Assembly: GCA_013388675.1 (NCBI GenBank)
Contig: JACAEW010000175.1
Span: forward strand, 1 to 62,922
Source: Syntrophaceae bacterium
GTDB taxonomy: Bacteria > Desulfobacterota > SM23-61
DNA length: 62,922 nt
Direction of reading: 5' to 3'
Shown: piece by piece, positions 1 through 8,875 of the stretch
Layout: each line of letters begins with the position of its first letter
Position numbering within the stretch: position 1 is the stretch's first letter
Notes under the pieces: generated by a model
Told to the model about the DNA's origin: nothing
Databases searched by the model: none
What the model saw: the letters and a program-made list of their open reading frames with translations, nothing else
Program-made: the position numbers and the translations under genes

Positions 1-2
1 AT

Positions 3-458
3 GTAGACCACGTGATGGGCAACGAGGAGATGAAAAAGAAAACCGGCGCCCGGATCATCATCCATGAAGCGGATGCCCCTTCGCTGACGCGCATTCCCCG
101 GGCCATGCTGGCCATGTTCTGCGGGCGGCCTTCCCCTGCGGCAGACGAGACGGTCAAAGACGGGGATGTCATCCAGGTAAGCAGCTTGTCGCTAAAGGCC
201 CTTCACACTCCCGGCCACTCCGCAGGGTCTATCAGTATTCTCGGGGACGGGGTGGTCTTTACCGGCGATACGCTGTTCGTGGGGAGCGTGGGCCGGACCG
301 ACCTGCCCGGAGGGTCCTGGCCCCTCATGCTGCGTTCGATCCAAACCAAACTCTTGACGCTGCCGGATGAGACCATCGTTCTTCCGGGTCATAATTACGG
401 ACCCACGCCCACCTCTACGATCAAGAACGAACGCCTCCATAACCCTTTCCTCAGATAG
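3..458 (+). CDS. MBL-fold metallo-hydrolase (glyoxalase II-like), 5'-truncated by window edge
   Basis: Frame is open upstream of 12 (..VDHVMG = end of HxHxDH); motifs HTPGHS, FTGDTLF, GRTDLPGG, LPGH. Confidence 0.88.
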   Translation, partial: VDHVMGNEEMKKKTGARIIIHEADAPSLTRIPRAMLAMFCGRPSPAADETVKDGDVIQVSSLSLKALHTPGHSAGSISILGDGVVFTGDTLFVGSVGRTDLPGGSWPLMLRSIQTKLLTLPDETIVLPGHNYGPTPTSTIKNERLHNPFLR

Positions 459-712
459 CCCTCCGCGATACCCCCCCTCTTTCCTGGAGCAAAGGAATAT
501 TACCCTCATCCCTCCCCTGCCCTTCCTCCCATTTCATCCTGGCCTTCACAGGTCGGGTCAAGAAGAGGAGCCCCCGGTCATCGGGAAACAGAGCCAAATC
601 ATCCGGCCGGAACCATGCGCCGCTTCTTCAAAATTTTCAGGAGCCGAGATCGAGAAAGTTTCGTCGGTTTTATTGGGAATCGAGGGGAAGAATTAGGGCG
701 GGAGAAGGTTTT

Positions 713-1378
713 CTATTCGTCCACCCAATGAACAACCTTTTCGATGGGCACCCGCTCGCTGCGGAAATGATTGATGGGCGCCCGGTCATCGGGGTAGCCG
801 ACGGCCAGTCCGATGAGGATGCGATCGGTCTCGGGGATTCCGGTGTGTCGGCGAATCACGTCGGGATACAGGACGGACACCGCCAGCAAGCAGGTCCCCA
901 GGCCCCTCTCGGCGGCCAAAAGGGCGATGTTCTGGGCCAATAGGCCGGCATCGAAAATGGAATAGGCGCTCAGGGTTCGATCCTGGTGCAGGTAGATCGC
1001 CTGGGGAGACCCGAAAAAGCGGAACATGTTCAGCCGGTGGGCATCCCTCTTCACCCGGTCTCCCCGTTCGATGCCGATCTCGGCGAAGAGCCTTCTTCCG
1101 CTTTCCTTGTATCTTCGGTCCATCTCTTCCGGCCAGCCCTTGGGCATTTCCACGTCCGGGCTGGCCGCCCCTCCGGCCAGGACCCTGCGGACACATTCAT
1201 CGATTATGGACCGCAGGGTTTTCCCCCCCACGATGGTCGCCTTCCAAGGCTGCGTGTTGCCCCACGAGGGAGCCCGCCATGCCTGTTGGAAAATCTCCTC
1301 CAGCGCTTGCCGGGGGACAGGTTCTTGGCGGAAGGCGCGGATGCTTTTCCTTCTCTCGATGGCTTCCCTGAGCTCCAT
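713..1378 (-). CDS. nitroreductase family protein
   Basis: RKSIRAF, APSWGNTQPW, AQNIALLAAERGLGTC, LAVGYPD motifs. Confidence 0.92.
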   Translation of the reverse strand: MELREAIERRKSIRAFRQEPVPRQALEEIFQQAWRAPSWGNTQPWKATIVGGKTLRSIIDECVRRVLAGGAASPDVEMPKGWPEEMDRRYKESGRRLFAEIGIERGDRVKRDAHRLNMFRFFGSPQAIYLHQDRTLSAYSIFDAGLLAQNIALLAAERGLGTCLLAVSVLYPDVIRRHTGIPETDRILIGLAVGYPDDRAPINHFRSERVPIEKVVHWVDE

Positions 1379-1456
1379 TCCCTGAAATTCCTTCTTCTCC
1401 TCTTGAGTTTATCGAGGGAACTGTAATAATATAACATAAAAACGGGGAGCGGAGTC

Positions 1457-1675
1457 ATGACCCGATTTCAGGGGAAGGAAACCTGCTGGGAGCGGATGCG
1501 ATGCGGCCGGGAGCGACGGGAAGCTTGTCCAGCCTACCCGGATTACGGGCGTCTCTGCTGGCCCATAGCCGGAACCAAGTGTCCCACCGGGGCGACGGGA
1601 ACCCATGCTCAAAAGATCGGGGATTGCGAGTCCTGTGAATTTTTTACATCCGTCGTTTTTGACGGGCTAGATTAG
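1457..1675 (+). CDS. small Cys-rich 'two-CW' domain protein
   Basis: CW-x4-C...CPA...CW...GTxC...CxxCxFF pattern; GGAG RBS just upstream; same pattern as C-terminus of 23851..24234. Confidence 0.8.
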   Translation: MTRFQGKETCWERMRCGRERREACPAYPDYGRLCWPIAGTKCPTGATGTHAQKIGDCESCEFFTSVVFDGLD

Positions 1676-1691
1676 AAGGAACCGGTTCTTC

Positions 1692-2678
1692 ATGCCGGCC
1701 AATCTCCCCCCCCAGTACAAAGAAGCGGAAGACCGCTACCGGCAGGCCAAGACCACTCCCGAAAAGATCCTGGCCCTGGAGGAGATGCTGGCCATTATTC
1801 CCCACCACAAGGGGACGGACAAGCTCATCGGCCAGCTCCGCAAGCGTCTTTCCCAGCATAAAGAGGAATCCCAGCGACGCTCATCCACCTCCCGGCAGGT
1901 CGACCCCTTTGTCGTGAAAAAGGAAGGGGCCGCACAGGTGGTATTGATCGGATTGCCGAACTGCGGAAAGTCCCAAATCCTTGGCTCCTTGACCAATGCC
2001 GTCCCGCTTATCGCCGATTACCCCTTCACCACCCGGACTCCCCTTCCCGGGATGATGAAATTCGAAAACATCCAGGTCCAGATCGTCGATTCTCCCCCCT
2101 TCATGGATGAATTCGCGGAAACCGGGCTGGCCAACCTGATCCGCAACGCCGATGCCCTGGTCATCGTCCTGGACCTGACCGAAGACTGCACCACGCAGAT
2201 CGAGTTGATCCGGGAGGAGCTGGATCGCCGCCGGGTCCGGGTTTTAAAGAAGGGAGAAGAGAAGAAGCCGGAGATCGGCCAATACCTCAAGAGGGCGCTC
2301 CTGATCGGAAACAAGGCCGACCTGAAGGAGGCCCGGGATCATTGCCGGGAGCTGCTCGATCGTTATTCGAAGGAATACCCTGCCCTCTGCATCTCTGCCA
2401 AAGAGCACCAGAACCTGGAGGAGGCCAAAAAAGAGGTTTTCTCCGTCCTCGACATCGTCCGGGCCTACACGAAGGCGCCGGGCAAGGCCCCCGACCGGAA
2501 TGATCCGGTCATCCTTCCCAAGGGGAGCAAGGTCCTGGATTTCGCCTCCCAAATTCACAAGGACTTCGCCCAGAAATTAAAATTCGCCCGCATCTGGGGA
2601 AAGGACAAATATGACGGCCAGATGGTCCCCCGGGATTATGTCCTGAAGGACGGGGATGTGATCGAGCTGCATATTTGA
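1692..2678 (+). CDS. OBG-superfamily DRG-like GTPase with C-terminal TGS domain
   Basis: MPANL N-terminal helical region, GLPNCGKS (G1), YPFTT (G2), DSPP (G3 variant), NKAD (G4), TGS ending LKDGDVIELH. Confidence 0.88.
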   Translation: MPANLPPQYKEAEDRYRQAKTTPEKILALEEMLAIIPHHKGTDKLIGQLRKRLSQHKEESQRRSSTSRQVDPFVVKKEGAAQVVLIGLPNCGKSQILGSLTNAVPLIADYPFTTRTPLPGMMKFENIQVQIVDSPPFMDEFAETGLANLIRNADALVIVLDLTEDCTTQIELIREELDRRRVRVLKKGEEKKPEIGQYLKRALLIGNKADLKEARDHCRELLDRYSKEYPALCISAKEHQNLEEAKKEVFSVLDIVRAYTKAPGKAPDRNDPVILPKGSKVLDFASQIHKDFAQKLKFARIWGKDKYDGQMVPRDYVLKDGDVIELHI

Positions 2679-2681
2679 AGG

Positions 2682-3872
2682 TTAGGACAGCTTCGTCGAG
2701 CTCACCGAGGGCAATAGCTGCTGCGGCTCTCCCAGGATGAATTCTCCTTTTTGGACCCAGCCCTTCAGGATCTCGGCGATCTTGCGGGCCTTGGGGTAAC
2801 TGGAAAGAGGCGTGGTGGGAATCTCTTTTCCGTTGAACTTGATCTTGCCGCTTTTCAGTTGCTTATAGTTGACTTCTCCCAGGCTCTGGGTGGGGCCGCC
2901 CTCCGGGTAATCCTTGCTGTAGTCTACGACCTGCGTGTAGATCTCCTCATCCTTGACCGCGGTGAATTGGGCGATTTCTTCGTTCAGCAGGGGGATGGGG
3001 ACCCCGATGCCCACGATCATGGTGCAGCCGTATCCCTGGAAACTGGCGCCGACCAACCACTCCGGGCTCATCTGTTTCAAATCTCCCAACACCGCAAGGG
3101 TTCCGGCTCCCCCCCGGGGGACCTGGTTCGGACCCCGCTTCACGTTGGGGTTGTGCTGGGTCCCCCGCCAGACGACAAACCACTGCCCGCCCCCGAGGAA
3201 GATCCTCGTCCCCACGCCGATCGTCCGGTAGAGGGGATCGTTCATCAGGGGGCTCAACTGGCCGGCGCTGCAGTAGTTGGCATTTGCGCCGGCGGGCCGA
3301 AGGACCCCCATGTAGGTGTAAATGGTTTTATCCGAGAGGTTGACCGCGCAATTGTAGTTCTGGTAGGCGTTTCGGGGGTTGAAGATAAAAGCCTCCTGGA
3401 GCGTCTTGAGGGTAATCTCCTTCTCCAGTTTTTTCCGCGGGTAGCAATCCGTCCCGTAGGCCTCGGCCCGCAGGAGGACCGATTTCCCGGCGACCAGGTC
3501 TTGGATGACATGCCCCCCGCCGTATTTGAACTCTCCCGGATACACTTTGTTCAATGGGTCGTCCTCGGCCGGCTCCGTGACCCCTAGGTAGATATCTACG
3601 GCGGCGATACCGGCATAGGCCGGCACGTTGTTCAGCCAGGCCCTGGCCGCCTTGATCCGCGGCTGGGTGTGGCCGAAATTCATGAAAGCCCCCGAGGAAC
3701 ACATGGGCCCGAAGGTGCCCGTGGTCACAACGTCCACTTCCAACGCGGCCTTGACCGGCCCTTTTTCCTCCACGATTCCGATGATCTCTTCTGCCGTGAC
3801 CACCACCGCTTTGCCTTTGCGGATTCTTTCGTTGATCTCGGCGATGCTTTTATTGACCTTGTAGGGACTCAT
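2682..3872 (-). CDS. DUF39 homocysteine biosynthesis protein (L-aspartate semialdehyde sulfurtransferase-like, MA1821 family), no CBS domain
   Basis: VDVVTTGTFGPMCSSG, YGGGHVIQDL, YGTDCYPR, NPRNAYQNY, KTIYTYMG motifs; SAM-I riboswitch upstream. Confidence 0.9.
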   Translation of the reverse strand: MSPYKVNKSIAEINERIRKGKAVVVTAEEIIGIVEEKGPVKAALEVDVVTTGTFGPMCSSGAFMNFGHTQPRIKAARAWLNNVPAYAGIAAVDIYLGVTEPAEDDPLNKVYPGEFKYGGGHVIQDLVAGKSVLLRAEAYGTDCYPRKKLEKEITLKTLQEAFIFNPRNAYQNYNCAVNLSDKTIYTYMGVLRPAGANANYCSAGQLSPLMNDPLYRTIGVGTRIFLGGGQWFVVWRGTQHNPNVKRGPNQVPRGGAGTLAVLGDLKQMSPEWLVGASFQGYGCTMIVGIGVPIPLLNEEIAQFTAVKDEEIYTQVVDYSKDYPEGGPTQSLGEVNYKQLKSGKIKFNGKEIPTTPLSSYPKARKIAEILKGWVQKGEFILGEPQQLLPSVSSTKLS

Positions 3873-3889
3873 TTTTCTTGGCTCCTTAT

Positions 3890-4027
3890 TTATGATCTCC
3901 TCGCCTCTGGACTTCGGTCGGCTTTTTGCCGATCCTTCCGCGGCTTTCTTTTGAGAGGAGGTTGGATATTTGCCGTTGACCCGAATAAGCGCATATCTCC
4001 CGGCGCCATGTCACTTTCCGGACCCAT
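3890..4027 (-). CDS. putative 45-aa small ORF between SAM riboswitch terminator and DUF39 gene
   Basis: AGGAGGT RBS then ATG; MGPESDMAPGDMRLFGSTANIQPPLKRKPRKDRQKADRSPEARRS*; no recognised homology. Confidence 0.3.
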   Translation of the reverse strand: MGPESDMAPGDMRLFGSTANIQPPLKRKPRKDRQKADRSPEARRS

Positions 4028-4055
4028 CGCCCCCACCTCCTCTCCTCTTGGCAAT

Positions 4056-4091
4056 AAAAAAAGCCCCTTCCTGGTCGATAAGAAGGGGCTT
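4056..4091 (-). terminator. intrinsic terminator, expression platform of SAM-I riboswitch 1
   Basis: AGCCCCTTCT-loop-GGAAGGGGCT followed by U-tract; contains CTTATC able to pair with the P1 3' strand GATAAG (antiterminator). Confidence 0.85.
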
Positions 4092-4111
4092 GAAGGTTCG
4101 GTTCATCCCAC

Positions 4112-4222
4112 CTTATCTTCCAAGGTATTCCTACCTTGCTGGAGTTAGCACCAGCATCCCGCCTCCGGCAGGACCGGTTGCTGTGGCTTCTTCGGGCCAG
4201 TCCCTCCGCCACTCTCGATAAG
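4112..4222 (-). ncRNA. SAM-I (S-box) riboswitch
   Basis: Minus strand CTTATCGAGAGTGGCGGAGGGACTGGCCCGAAGAAGCCACAGCAACCGG...GGTGCTAACTCCAGCAAG...GGAAGATAAG matches S-box core. Confidence 0.95.
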
Positions 4223-4235
4223 ATGCTTTTTGAAT

Positions 4236-4265
4236 ACTTTATTTAGACCCGATCCTCTTTGTCAA
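4236..4265 (-). promoter_or_regulatory. sigma70-like promoter of riboswitch/DUF39 unit, overlapping an IscR-type-1-like inverted repeat
   Basis: TTGACA-18-TAAAGT on minus strand; CCCGAT-N7-GTCAAG on plus strand. Confidence 0.55.
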
Positions 4266-4285
4266 GAAAAAACTTGCCCTCCGGT

Positions 4286-4750
4286 TCACGTCCAGGCCCC
4301 CGTCTGGTGATCCATCGGCTGAAGGACCTTCAAGTCCCGGGCCATCTGGCACATGCCCGCCAGGGACACTGAATTTAAGTAATCGGTTAGTCGCCGACCG
4401 GCTTCGGTCCAGACGACCTGGGCGGGGCATTTCGATTCCCAGCGGCACTTTCTCCGTCCTCTGGCCGGACGGGCGCAGAAGATGGGCTCGATCGTTTCCC
4501 CCATGGCCCGGATGATGTCGCCCACCGAAATCTCCTCCGGTTTGCGCGAAAGGCGATACCCGCCCCTGGGGCCGCGAATGCTCTTCACGATCCCGGCGCC
4601 CTTCAGTTTATGGAAAATCTGCTCCAGGTAGCGCGGGGTCACTCCCTGGCGATGGGAAATATCTTTGACGGAGACGGGACCGCCTTCGGAATGAAAGGCG
4701 ATGTCGAACAGGGCGCGAACTCCATACCGGCTCTTCGTGGAAAGTCTCAT
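4286..4750 (-). CDS. Rrf2 family transcriptional regulator (IscR-like, three Cys)
   Basis: MRLSTKSRYGVRAL, YLEQIF, SIRGPRGGYRL; C-x9-C-x5-C in C-terminal half. Confidence 0.93.
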   Translation of the reverse strand: MRLSTKSRYGVRALFDIAFHSEGGPVSVKDISHRQGVTPRYLEQIFHKLKGAGIVKSIRGPRGGYRLSRKPEEISVGDIIRAMGETIEPIFCARPARGRRKCRWESKCPAQVVWTEAGRRLTDYLNSVSLAGMCQMARDLKVLQPMDHQTGAWT

Positions 4751-4777
4751 GGTGGCCTCCCCATCGATATGGAGTTC

Positions 4778-4806
4778 TTATACAGAACCTGATCAAAAAT
4801 GTCAAG
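4778..4806 (-). promoter_or_regulatory. sigma70 promoter of Rrf2 gene with overlapping putative autoregulatory site
   Basis: TTGACA-17-TATAAG; CCTGAT-N7-GTCAAG resembles the IscR type-1 box. Confidence 0.65.
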
Positions 4807-4814
4807 TTCGAGGT

Positions 4815-5015
4815 TTAATCGGCCACCGTGTACCCGGCTTCCTCCACCGCCTGGCGAACGGCCGCCCGGGATACATTTTGGGTATTTGCAAAGGTCGCCT
4901 CTCCCTTGGCCAGGTCCACTTTCACTTTCTCCAGCCCCGGGATCTTTCCCAGGGCCTTGGTGACCGCCATCACGCAGTGCTGGCAGGTCATCCCTTGGAT
5001 TCTAATCTTTTCCAT
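4815..5015 (-). CDS. copZ: heavy-metal-associated (HMA) copper chaperone, CopZ-like
   Basis: 66 aa, GMTCQHCV motif, AVEEAGY end. Confidence 0.88.
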   Translation of the reverse strand: MEKIRIQGMTCQHCVMAVTKALGKIPGLEKVKVDLAKGEATFANTQNVSRAAVRQAVEEAGYTVAD

Positions 5016-5071
5016 CCTTTTCTCCTTTGCCGGGACAGATCCCGGCTCATGGGAATTTTTTCATGATCTTT

Positions 5072-5551
5072 TCATTTCACATCGTAGTGGATGCCTGCGG
5101 TCCTCTTCTGGTCACCCGTCGTAACGAGAAGGAGGATCTGGTATTTTCCCTTCCCGGCCAAATTGAAGTAGGCCTGATAGCTCTTCATGCCATCCTCATA
5201 CTTGAGGGGTTTAATTTGATCCTTCCCCTTGGGATCGATGACCTTCATGCCGACCTGGGCGTCGATGACTTCCTTGCCCTTCTGATCCTTCAGCGTTACG
5301 CTGATATTGTGGGTGGTATCGGGTTCCAGGTCTTCCTTCATTTTCAACTCCTGGAGCATCTTCTTGTGCTCTTTATTGTTCATGATCGCAAAGGTGATTC
5401 GCATTCCCTCGACCAAAACTTCCCGGGTGTCCATCTTCATCCCATGGCCCTTGGCCCCTCCGCCGTGGACATGTTGCGCCCCGGCTGGGGGAATGAAAAC
5501 CCATGGACCCGCGATCAAGACTGCCAGGAAAACAGACATCGCTTTCTTCAT
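5072..5551 (-). CDS. periplasmic His/Met-rich protein, probably YtkA/Ig-like metal-binding protein
   Basis: Signal peptide, QHVHGGGAKGHGMKM after it, beta-rich C-terminus (HNISVTLKD...DAQVGMKVIDPKG...GKYQI); follows cusA. Confidence 0.7.
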   Translation of the reverse strand: MKKAMSVFLAVLIAGPWVFIPPAGAQHVHGGGAKGHGMKMDTREVLVEGMRITFAIMNNKEHKKMLQELKMKEDLEPDTTHNISVTLKDQKGKEVIDAQVGMKVIDPKGKDQIKPLKYEDGMKSYQAYFNLAGKGKYQILLLVTTGDQKRTAGIHYDVK

Positions 5552-5588
5552 ATTCCCTCCTCTATCTTACCCGCAGCGGGTTTTAAAG

Positions 5589-8500
5589 CTACGATTCAAT
5601 TTCCGGCGGTTTCAGCTTTCCTTTCTTCAAAGCCCGCTCTTTCATCAGGGCAAAGATAACCGGCATGATGACGAGGACCTGGATGGTAGAGGTTACCAAT
5701 CCCCCAATGATGGGGGCGGCGATGGGCTTCATCACATCCGCCCCGACACCCGAGGACCCCATGATCGGGACCAGGGCGATCATGGTCGTCCCGACGGTCA
5801 TCAATTTCGGCCGAAGACGCAGCACGGAGCCTTCCACCGTGGCTTCATGAATATCCTGCCGGGTCACTCCGCCCTTCGCCAGCCGCTGGTTCAACGCCTC
5901 TTTCAAGTAGATGACCATCACCACTCCGGTTTCCACCGCCAACCCGTAAAGGGCGATGTATCCCACCCAGACGGCGACGCTGAAGTTGTAGCCCAGGAGA
6001 TATTGAAGGATGAGCCCCCCGGTCATGGCATAGAGAACGGCGAGCAGGACCAGGATCGATTCCGAAATGGAATGAAAGGTCATAAAGAGAAGGAGGAAAA
6101 TGACAAAGAAAACGACGGGCAAAAGGATTTTCAATCTCTCCTTGGCCCGGAGCTGAAATTCGTACTGGCCGCTCCAGGAGAGCGAATAGCCTGGGGGGAG
6201 CTTCAGTTTTTCCCCGATCACCCGCCTGGCTTCTTCCACGTACCCCCCCATATCCCTTCCCGTTACATCGACATAAACGTAGCCCGTGAGCAGGCCATCT
6301 TCATTCCGGATCATGGCCGGGCCTTCGGTCAGGGTGATGTCCGCGAGCTGTGCCAGGGGAACCTGGGCCCTGGGGCCTGAGCCCCCTCCGATTCCCCGCC
6401 TGTCGCCCATCGCGCTCCCTCTTTCCGCACCGTCCATTCGGAGAGGCACCAGGATCCTCTTGACCTTCTCCAGGTCATCCCGCAGTTCCCGGAGGTAGCG
6501 GATATTCACGGGGTACCGTTCTCGCCCCTCGATTGTCCGGGTTACATTCATTCCTCCCAGAGCCGTCTGAAGGACATCTTGAACATCCCCGACCGTCAGC
6601 CCGTAACGGGCGATTTTATCCCGGTCGATCCTGATGTCGGTGAAATACCCGCCGGTTACCCTCTCCGCATAGACGCTTCTCGTGCCGGCAACCTCCTTTA
6701 AGATCGTTTCGATATGGATGCTCAGTTCCTGGATGGTAGGGAGATCGGAACCCGACACCTTGATTCCCACCGGCGTGCGGACCCCGGTGGTAAGCATATC
6801 GATTCTCGCCCGGATGGGCATGGTCCAGGCATTCTGCAATCCCGGGAATTGCATCTTTCTGTCCATCTCTTCCACCAGCTCTTCGTAAGTGATCGTCCGG
6901 TGCGTTCCCAGGACCTTTCCGGCCGCCGGCCTCATCCACTCCGGCATCCAAGAATAATCCTTCTCCACCTTGCGCCACTCCTCTCTTGGTTTCAGGTGGA
7001 CGGTCGTCTCCATCATGCTGAGGGGGGCCGGGTCGGTGGAAGTCTCCGCCCGTCCGGCTTTCCCGAAAACCGCCTGGACTTCCGGAAAACTTTTCAAAAT
7101 CTTGTCCTGGACGGCCAGGAGCCTTCCCGTCTCGGTAACCGAAATTCCCGGGCTGGTGATGGGCATGTAAAAGATCGTTCCCTCGTAGAGGGCGGGCATG
7201 AATTCACTCCCGATCTTGAAAAAGAGCGGAACGCTCGGGGGAATCACGAGAAAAGCGAGGAGGAGCGAGGTTTTTCGGTATTTCAAGACCCAATGGATCA
7301 CCGGCTCGTAGAACCGCCGGAAAAACGAGGAAACCGGGTTCTCCGCCTCCGGCCGCAGCCGTTTCCCCTTCAGGAACAGCGTCAGCAGGGCGGGGACCAA
7401 GGTGATGGCCAGGATGGAGGAGGCGGCCATGGCGAAAGTCTTGGTGAAGGCCAGGGGCCGGAACATCCTTCCCTCCTGGGCCTCGAGGAGGAAAACGGGA
7501 ATAAAAGAGATGATGATGATCAGCAGGGCAAAGAAGATGCCCCGCCCCACCTGCTGGCAGGACCGGACAACGGTGGAAAAGCTTTTCCTTCGATCTTCTT
7601 CTGTGCCTTCGGCAAGATGACGGTAGCCGTTCTCGACCATGACGATCGAGGCATCCACCATCACCCCGATGGAAAGGGCGATTCCCCCCAGGGACATGAT
7701 GTTGGAAGTCAATTTCAGGTAATACATGGGGATGAAGGAGAGAATCATGGCAATGGGGAGGGCGAAAATGGGGACCAGGGCGGAGCGAAAATGGAGAAGA
7801 AAGACGATAATCACAAGGCTTACGACGATGATTTCCGTGAGGAGGGTCTTCTGGAGATTCTTAATGGAGAGATCGATCAATTCGGAGCGGTCATAAGTCG
7901 GTACGATTTTAATCCCCTTGGGCAGTCCGGGAGCGATCTCTTCGATCTTGGCTTTGACCCGCTTGATTACATTCAGGGCGTTTTCGCCGAAGCGCATGAC
8001 CACGATCCCGCCAGCCACCTCGCCCTGCCCGTTCAGTTCCACGATCCCCCTTCGAATCTCCGGGCCCAAGGTTACGTGGGCGACATCCCGCAAAAGGATG
8101 GGGGTGCCCTGCCAGTTCGTCCCGACAACAATTTTCTCGATATCGGAAACATTTTTGATATACCCCCGCCCTCGCACCATATATTCGCGCCCGCCGAATT
8201 CGAGAAGGCGCCCCTCCACGTCATTGTTCGAGGCGCTGATCCGGGCCATGACCTCCCGGAGGGAAAGGTTGTAGGCGGACATCCGATTGGGGTCAAGGTT
8301 GACCTGGTATTGCTTCACAAAACCGCCCACGCTCGCCACCTCGGCGACCCCTTCCACGCTGGCCAGCGCATAACGAAGGTACCAATCCTGAAGGGTCCTC
8401 AGGTAGGCGAGATCGTGCCGGCCTGTTTCGTCGACGACGGCGTAGGTATAGACCCAGCCGACGCCGGTGGCATCCGGACCGATCACCGGGGTTACGCCCG

Positions 8501-8867
8501 GAGGGAGTTGACCGGTGATCTGCTGCATGTACTCGAGGACTCTCGGCCTCGCCCAGTAGATATCCGTTCCATCCTCGAAAATCACGTAAACGTAGGAAAA
8601 CCCGAAATCGGAAAATCCCCTCACCGTTTTCACCCTGGGCGCGGAAATCAGGGCGCTCACGATGGGATAAGTGACCTGGTCCTCGACCAGGTCGGGGCTT
8701 CTCCCCTCCCACTTCGTATAGACGATCACCTGAACATCGGAGATATCGGGCACGGCGTCGAGAGGGATGTTCCCGACCGCATACACGCCGCCGAGGGTTG
8801 CCAGAAAGATGACAGCAAAGACCAGAAACCGGTTCCTCGCGCAGGCTTCGATAATTCTTTCAATCAT
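5589..8867 (-). CDS. cusA: CusA/CzcA family heavy-metal RND efflux permease (Cu(I)/Ag(I) type)
   Basis: 1092 aa; LDAVPDISDVQV, GPDATGVGW, RLRPKLMT; Met-containing motifs SEFMP, PLSMMET, WTMPIRARIDM equivalent to the CusA Met triad. Confidence 0.95.
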   Translation of the reverse strand: MIERIIEACARNRFLVFAVIFLATLGGVYAVGNIPLDAVPDISDVQVIVYTKWEGRSPDLVEDQVTYPIVSALISAPRVKTVRGFSDFGFSYVYVIFEDGTDIYWARPRVLEYMQQITGQLPPGVTPVIGPDATGVGWVYTYAVVDETGRHDLAYLRTLQDWYLRYALASVEGVAEVASVGGFVKQYQVNLDPNRMSAYNLSLREVMARISASNNDVEGRLLEFGGREYMVRGRGYIKNVSDIEKIVVGTNWQGTPILLRDVAHVTLGPEIRRGIVELNGQGEVAGGIVVMRFGENALNVIKRVKAKIEEIAPGLPKGIKIVPTYDRSELIDLSIKNLQKTLLTEIIVVSLVIIVFLLHFRSALVPIFALPIAMILSFIPMYYLKLTSNIMSLGGIALSIGVMVDASIVMVENGYRHLAEGTEEDRRKSFSTVVRSCQQVGRGIFFALLIIIISFIPVFLLEAQEGRMFRPLAFTKTFAMAASSILAITLVPALLTLFLKGKRLRPEAENPVSSFFRRFYEPVIHWVLKYRKTSLLLAFLVIPPSVPLFFKIGSEFMPALYEGTIFYMPITSPGISVTETGRLLAVQDKILKSFPEVQAVFGKAGRAETSTDPAPLSMMETTVHLKPREEWRKVEKDYSWMPEWMRPAAGKVLGTHRTITYEELVEEMDRKMQFPGLQNAWTMPIRARIDMLTTGVRTPVGIKVSGSDLPTIQELSIHIETILKEVAGTRSVYAERVTGGYFTDIRIDRDKIARYGLTVGDVQDVLQTALGGMNVTRTIEGRERYPVNIRYLRELRDDLEKVKRILVPLRMDGAERGSAMGDRRGIGGGSGPRAQVPLAQLADITLTEGPAMIRNEDGLLTGYVYVDVTGRDMGGYVEEARRVIGEKLKLPPGYSLSWSGQYEFQLRAKERLKILLPVVFFVIFLLLFMTFHSISESILVLLAVLYAMTGGLILQYLLGYNFSVAVWVGYIALYGLAVETGVVMVIYLKEALNQRLAKGGVTRQDIHEATVEGSVLRLRPKLMTVGTTMIALVPIMGSSGVGADVMKPIAAPIIGGLVTSTIQVLVIMPVIFALMKERALKKGKLKPPEIES

Positions 8868-8875
8868 TTGGGTCT

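Noticed and set aside
3886-4212. 108-aa ORF upstream of DUF39
   Set aside because: Reads through the SAM riboswitch and its terminator; not a plausible gene
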